From Azolla caroliniana (lineage: Eukaryota > Plantae > Polypodiophyta): DNA of 64,000 nucleotides. Both the position numbers and the translations under genes were made by a program. The stretch is from contig JBHGNT010000022.1 of NCBI GenBank assembly GCA_043228905.1, positions 6,634,001 to 6,698,000 on the forward strand, read 5' to 3'. The notes below the pieces were generated by a model. It was not told where the DNA came from. It did not search any database and saw only the letters and a program-made list of their open reading frames with translations. This document shows, one piece after another, positions 59,891-64,000 of this stretch; positions within the stretch are counted from its first letter, which is position 1, and each line of letters begins with the position of its first letter.

Positions 59891-62030
59891 CTGCAAGCAT
59901 GGACATTACTATTAAACCAATGTACTTTAGTTCACAATGCAATTGTTAGACAAGATGCATTATAGGTGACCAACTAAGTAGAAATGGTACACATGGTGAC
60001 AAACAAAATCTTTGCAAACACCAAAGCTAAAATAGATGGTCTTTAACTTTTCACATATTTTAAAAAGTTACTGAACTAGGGAGAGTCTAGTGAACATTCA
60101 ACTACAGTGGAGTATGCACAGCTTGTATATCAGCAGCAGAGATACAAATATCAATATCGATGTTGTATAAGAAAAACAAATCTCTAAAGCAGAATATAAT
60201 GAGATAAACTCGTTTTGTTGTGTAAGATATTTCCTTACTGCATAGATTAGTAGGTTGAATGGCTGTTGCAATTGGAGATGGAAATATACATATGGATGTA
60301 TGAGAACAAATCAATCAATCTATAATATAGAACATATGGTGATAACTCTCTTATTGAGTAAGATATGCATATACATGACACTCTAATCTCTATGTAAAGA
60401 CATTCTTTTTCTCAATTGACAAGTATTGCATCCCTCAAAGGATGGCATGTGGAAAAATGTTACCTTTAAGTGCTTTCTATCATTTCAGGCTCATGACATC
60501 TATAACAAAGCATGCTTCACAATAATTTAGATGCCACCTTGACTCCTTTCAGTTCCTTCTTCAACCAGAACCTCAACGTATTCTAAAACTCGTCTTTCAG
60601 GTGTTTTTTCCCTTCACACCGGCCACATCACAACAACAAGATGTCTCCACAAGTTTTGTTTCATTCTTCAACCAGATTCACATCTATAAAAAAGCATGCA
60701 AGTCGTAACTTGACTCAATATAATTATTTATGCGTCATCTCAACTCAATTCAGTTACTTCTACAACCAGAATCTCAACCTTTTATAGAATTCATCTTTTA
60801 GGCATTTTCTCCTTCATGCATGCCACATCAGGACAACGTGATGTCTCCGCAAGTTTGTTTCATTCTACTTCCATTAACAGGAAGCACTTCAAAAGCTTGA
60901 TTAAAACTCAGTTCATGCTTTCATCTGTTTATTATAATCTTGAAGATAACTTGCAAAAAGGCTCACAACGAAAATCTTTTACCCGTAAAGGTGGAAAGAC
61001 AATATTAGATCCCTAAAGGATAAAATGCCCTATGAGCCCCAACATGAGGTTCTGATAATGTTATTTCATTGATGATAAGGATGAAAGAAATAGAGTTGGT
61101 AATCTTCCTAAAATATACTTACTAAAGTACTTAGCCAATTACCAATGGAATGGTGAACATTAATTGGGCAAGTTAGCTGTACTTGTAATAATGCAAAATC
61201 TTCTCAATGAAAGTAAAGAGTTCTAGGAAAGCTTGCTGAAATTGTATTTCCATCTTCTCTACCTGGATATATCATAACTTCTCATATTCATCAAGACTGA
61301 CTGCACATCCGAAGAAGATGTGTGCAGTTAGTTATGAGGCAAAAAGTCATTTCGGTCTTCAAGTTGGGCAATCTGATCAATATTTGGGAAAGAAAATAAT
61401 CATCAATGAATGACAAACCTAATATAACAGTTCCATCATTTCATACTTGTGGAGTTTTTGGAGGTAGTTCATGATAGCACTGTCCATGTGATAAGAGGCA
61501 CTACAATTAGTCTTGGGCTTCTTCCGCTGGCTGCATTCAGTTGCCAGGTAATGGTTCAATACAATGAAAGCAGATTACTAATTTTAGGTAGAGACACTTG
61601 CTATTCAATTTTGGGTTTCTTTGAGCTCTGAATAAGCTCTATATATTCTCTTATCTATCAAATTGCATTGAGACTCACCTACAAGCTTTTGGTGAGCCAT
61701 AAGCTTGCTTTTGTGTTTCACTCATCTTCAATCAATTTCATTATCTTTGACAATCAACAGAATAACTCAAAATACCTTCAGCATGCACTCTATAGACATC
61801 CCTTAATTCAACTACCTTGGAGCATTACTAAAACATTAAGATTACAAGAAAATCCAGAATACAATATCATTTGGATAAATAGAGACCAGGATAAATACTT
61901 TTATTCTCTAATCATTAGCAAACATTGCATTCCATTCTTGAAACAGATTATAGTGCATCAGAATCCCCAGCACTAATTATTTTATTCAGAAATAAGAATG
62001 TCCAATAGTCCTAGAATTTATACTTTCTAG

Positions 62031-62728
62031 CATAGATTGACATATTCGCATTCGTGGGGTTTCCCATTCAAATGCATACGAATACGCATACAAATGCATG
62101 GTCAAGTATTCGTTTATCTAAAAAAAAAAAAAAAGAGTCCAAGAACTCCCTCCTTTTTTAGTTTACTAGGATAAAAAAAAAGGGGGACTTCACAATAAAA
62201 AGGGACATTAAAAGAGGGACTATAAAAAGGAACATTAAGGGGGCCTTGACACTAATAAATTTTTATAATAAATATAAAAGTATTCGTTTTATTTTTAATA
62301 AATAAATAAAATACAATAAAGGTTCATTAATTCCTCACTTTTTATTCTCTCAAAAATTATAGATATTTTTATTTTGATATTAAAAATTGGACTTCACACT
62401 AATCATATTTCTATAATAAATATACAAATATTCGTTTTTTAAAACAAATTAATTAATTAAAATAAAGGTTCATAAACTTCCCCGTTTTTTATTTGACACT
62501 ATAAAAGAGAGTTAATACTAATCATATGTATATAATCTATTAATGAATGATTGTTCTTTTTTTAGTGAAATTAAATTTATTTAAATAAAAAAATGAATTA
62601 ATTAATATTTTATATATTTTTGTAAAACGAATGATTTTATAATATTCTTGAGGCCATTTTGTATTCTCGAATATTGAGAATATCACGCATGGAGAATATG
62701 ACAAATATCGCGCATGTGTCAATCTATG
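62031..62728. mobile_element. Non-autonomous hAT-type MITE (698 bp), probably intronic
   Basis: TIRs CATAGATTGACA / TGTCAATCTATG and an 8-bp TSD CTTTCTAG (62023-62030, 62729-62736); AT-rich non-coding interior. Confidence 0.9.
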
Positions 62729-64000
62729 CTTTCTAGATAGTAAAAATAGGACGACTATTGTCTATTGCCTGTTAAACCTCAGATAAACCTCACTATCACT
62801 GGTTCAATTTGAGTAGAGTTAATCTTTCATTTGCATTGGAGACAATAGATATCAAGCACCGTGGTAGGACTTATGCTTTATCTATCGCCTATAGCCTACT
62901 CACGATGGCTCTATACGAACAATGGTCTTATAGATAACGTGGTTTATTCATTTGCTAGCCATTGAGAACAATAGCTAATTTCAAATCCCAGTTTCAAATT
63001 TTATGTTTTATTGCTTTTTTTTTACATAATCCTCATACATGGAATCAGGTTGCTATTTGAGATGTGTGCATAACCAGTTTCACATACCAATTTCAGATTT
63101 TATGTTTTATTGCTTCTATGTTTTATGTAACCCTCAAGCCATGTAATTGAGTTGCTATTTAAGGTGCCAATATATATAAAAAGAACCAAGAGCTAGAACT
63201 TCAATTTTAAGATAAATGTTAAGAAAATCGTAAGGAAATGGAATATTTATAGAATTCAAACATTTTAAAGAAGAGAATGACACTCAATCACAGGTGACAG
63301 AAAATGCAAGTGCAATCCTCACCTCTTGAATTGATCTGCTCTAGAAATGTAAGAACATCAACTTCTTCACAGATACTGAGCAAAAAGATACATCATCACT
63401 AAGTGTAGATTCATAATTCTATTTCATCTTGACATTTGATGCCACAGATGACCATATGGGAACTCACAAAAGAGTAAAGACAAACAAAAACACTATCCAC
63501 AGAAGAAAACAAAGTCGTTTACAAGATAGCTGTCTAAGCATTCGCAACCTCTTAAAATATTACAGTGATCCACGAGCCATGCTACTTGAACAAAAACGTA
63601 TTACAGTGTAGCCAATTAGATCGCCACAGAAGTGGCAGAATACACAAAAACATTGAACTTGCAAATAAATGATAAACGAAGGAAAGAAATGTCACCAAGA
63701 CGAGAGAAAAACAATAGTAAAAAAGTGAAGAAGAAAATTAATAACAACAAAGATATTAAAGATGAATTGAGTGTCATCTTTGCCTCTTTATGTAATGAGC
63801 TCAAGATCATATCAACCTTTTTCTTTGTCTGCTGCTTCCCTACCAATACAGAACAGCCATTCCTTTTTGGACGGAGTATGCCACCATCCAAAGAATGAAA
63901 GCCTAGGGATTTTGGACTCTAAGAGTTATAGGTAATTTGTCCATAATAAATATTGTGACGATGGATAACCTTAGAATGTCTAAACAGTCTCTTATTCTCT

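Noticed and set aside
60560-60870. Diverged ~105-bp direct duplication (also a ~75-bp pair at 62985-63160)
   Set aside because: Old local duplications with no coding or structural signal.
63323-63375. Possible further minus-strand exon (AG..GT bounded, ICEEVDVLTFLEQINSR)
   Set aside because: Does not resemble the expected P5 ATPase segment preceding TM6, and such boundaries arise by chance.
63616-63898. Overlapping short ORFs at the window end
   Set aside because: Compositionally biased with no motifs; cannot be supported as genes.

Overview
Eukaryotic genomic DNA, almost certainly from a non-seed land plant (bryophyte, lycophyte or fern grade, inferred from Tcn1-like chromoviruses, a P5B-like ATPase gene and TTTAGGG filler). 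Bases 1 to about 56,000 are a deeply nested retroelement stack: several non-chromovirus Ty3/Gypsy elements (two with a long extra 3' ORF), three Ty1/Copia elements plus a solo LTR, two Tcn1-like chromoviruses, two L1-type LINEs, an RTE-like relic and an endonuclease-less Penelope-like element (PLE). The last 8 kb is AT-rich host DNA with the six terminal exons of a P5-type ATPase on the minus strand and a hAT MITE in its intron. Four observations stand out. (1) Three Gypsy elements with different LTRs have no polypurine tract; a conserved 38-nt tRNA-Arg 3'-end mimic ending in CCA sits 2 nt before the 3' LTR (an inverted PBS), suggesting tRNA- or tRNA-mimic-primed plus-strand synthesis. (2) The EN-minus PLE has a -1 frameshift cassette, an AT-hook, hammerhead ribozyme motifs and a ~225-bp target duplication. 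(3) Both chromovirus families carry antisense tRNA-like A/B-box modules at the LTR edge. (4) A telomere-repeat filler marks a deletion in a LINE. All coordinates were read by eye and may be off by a few bases; no database searches were run.
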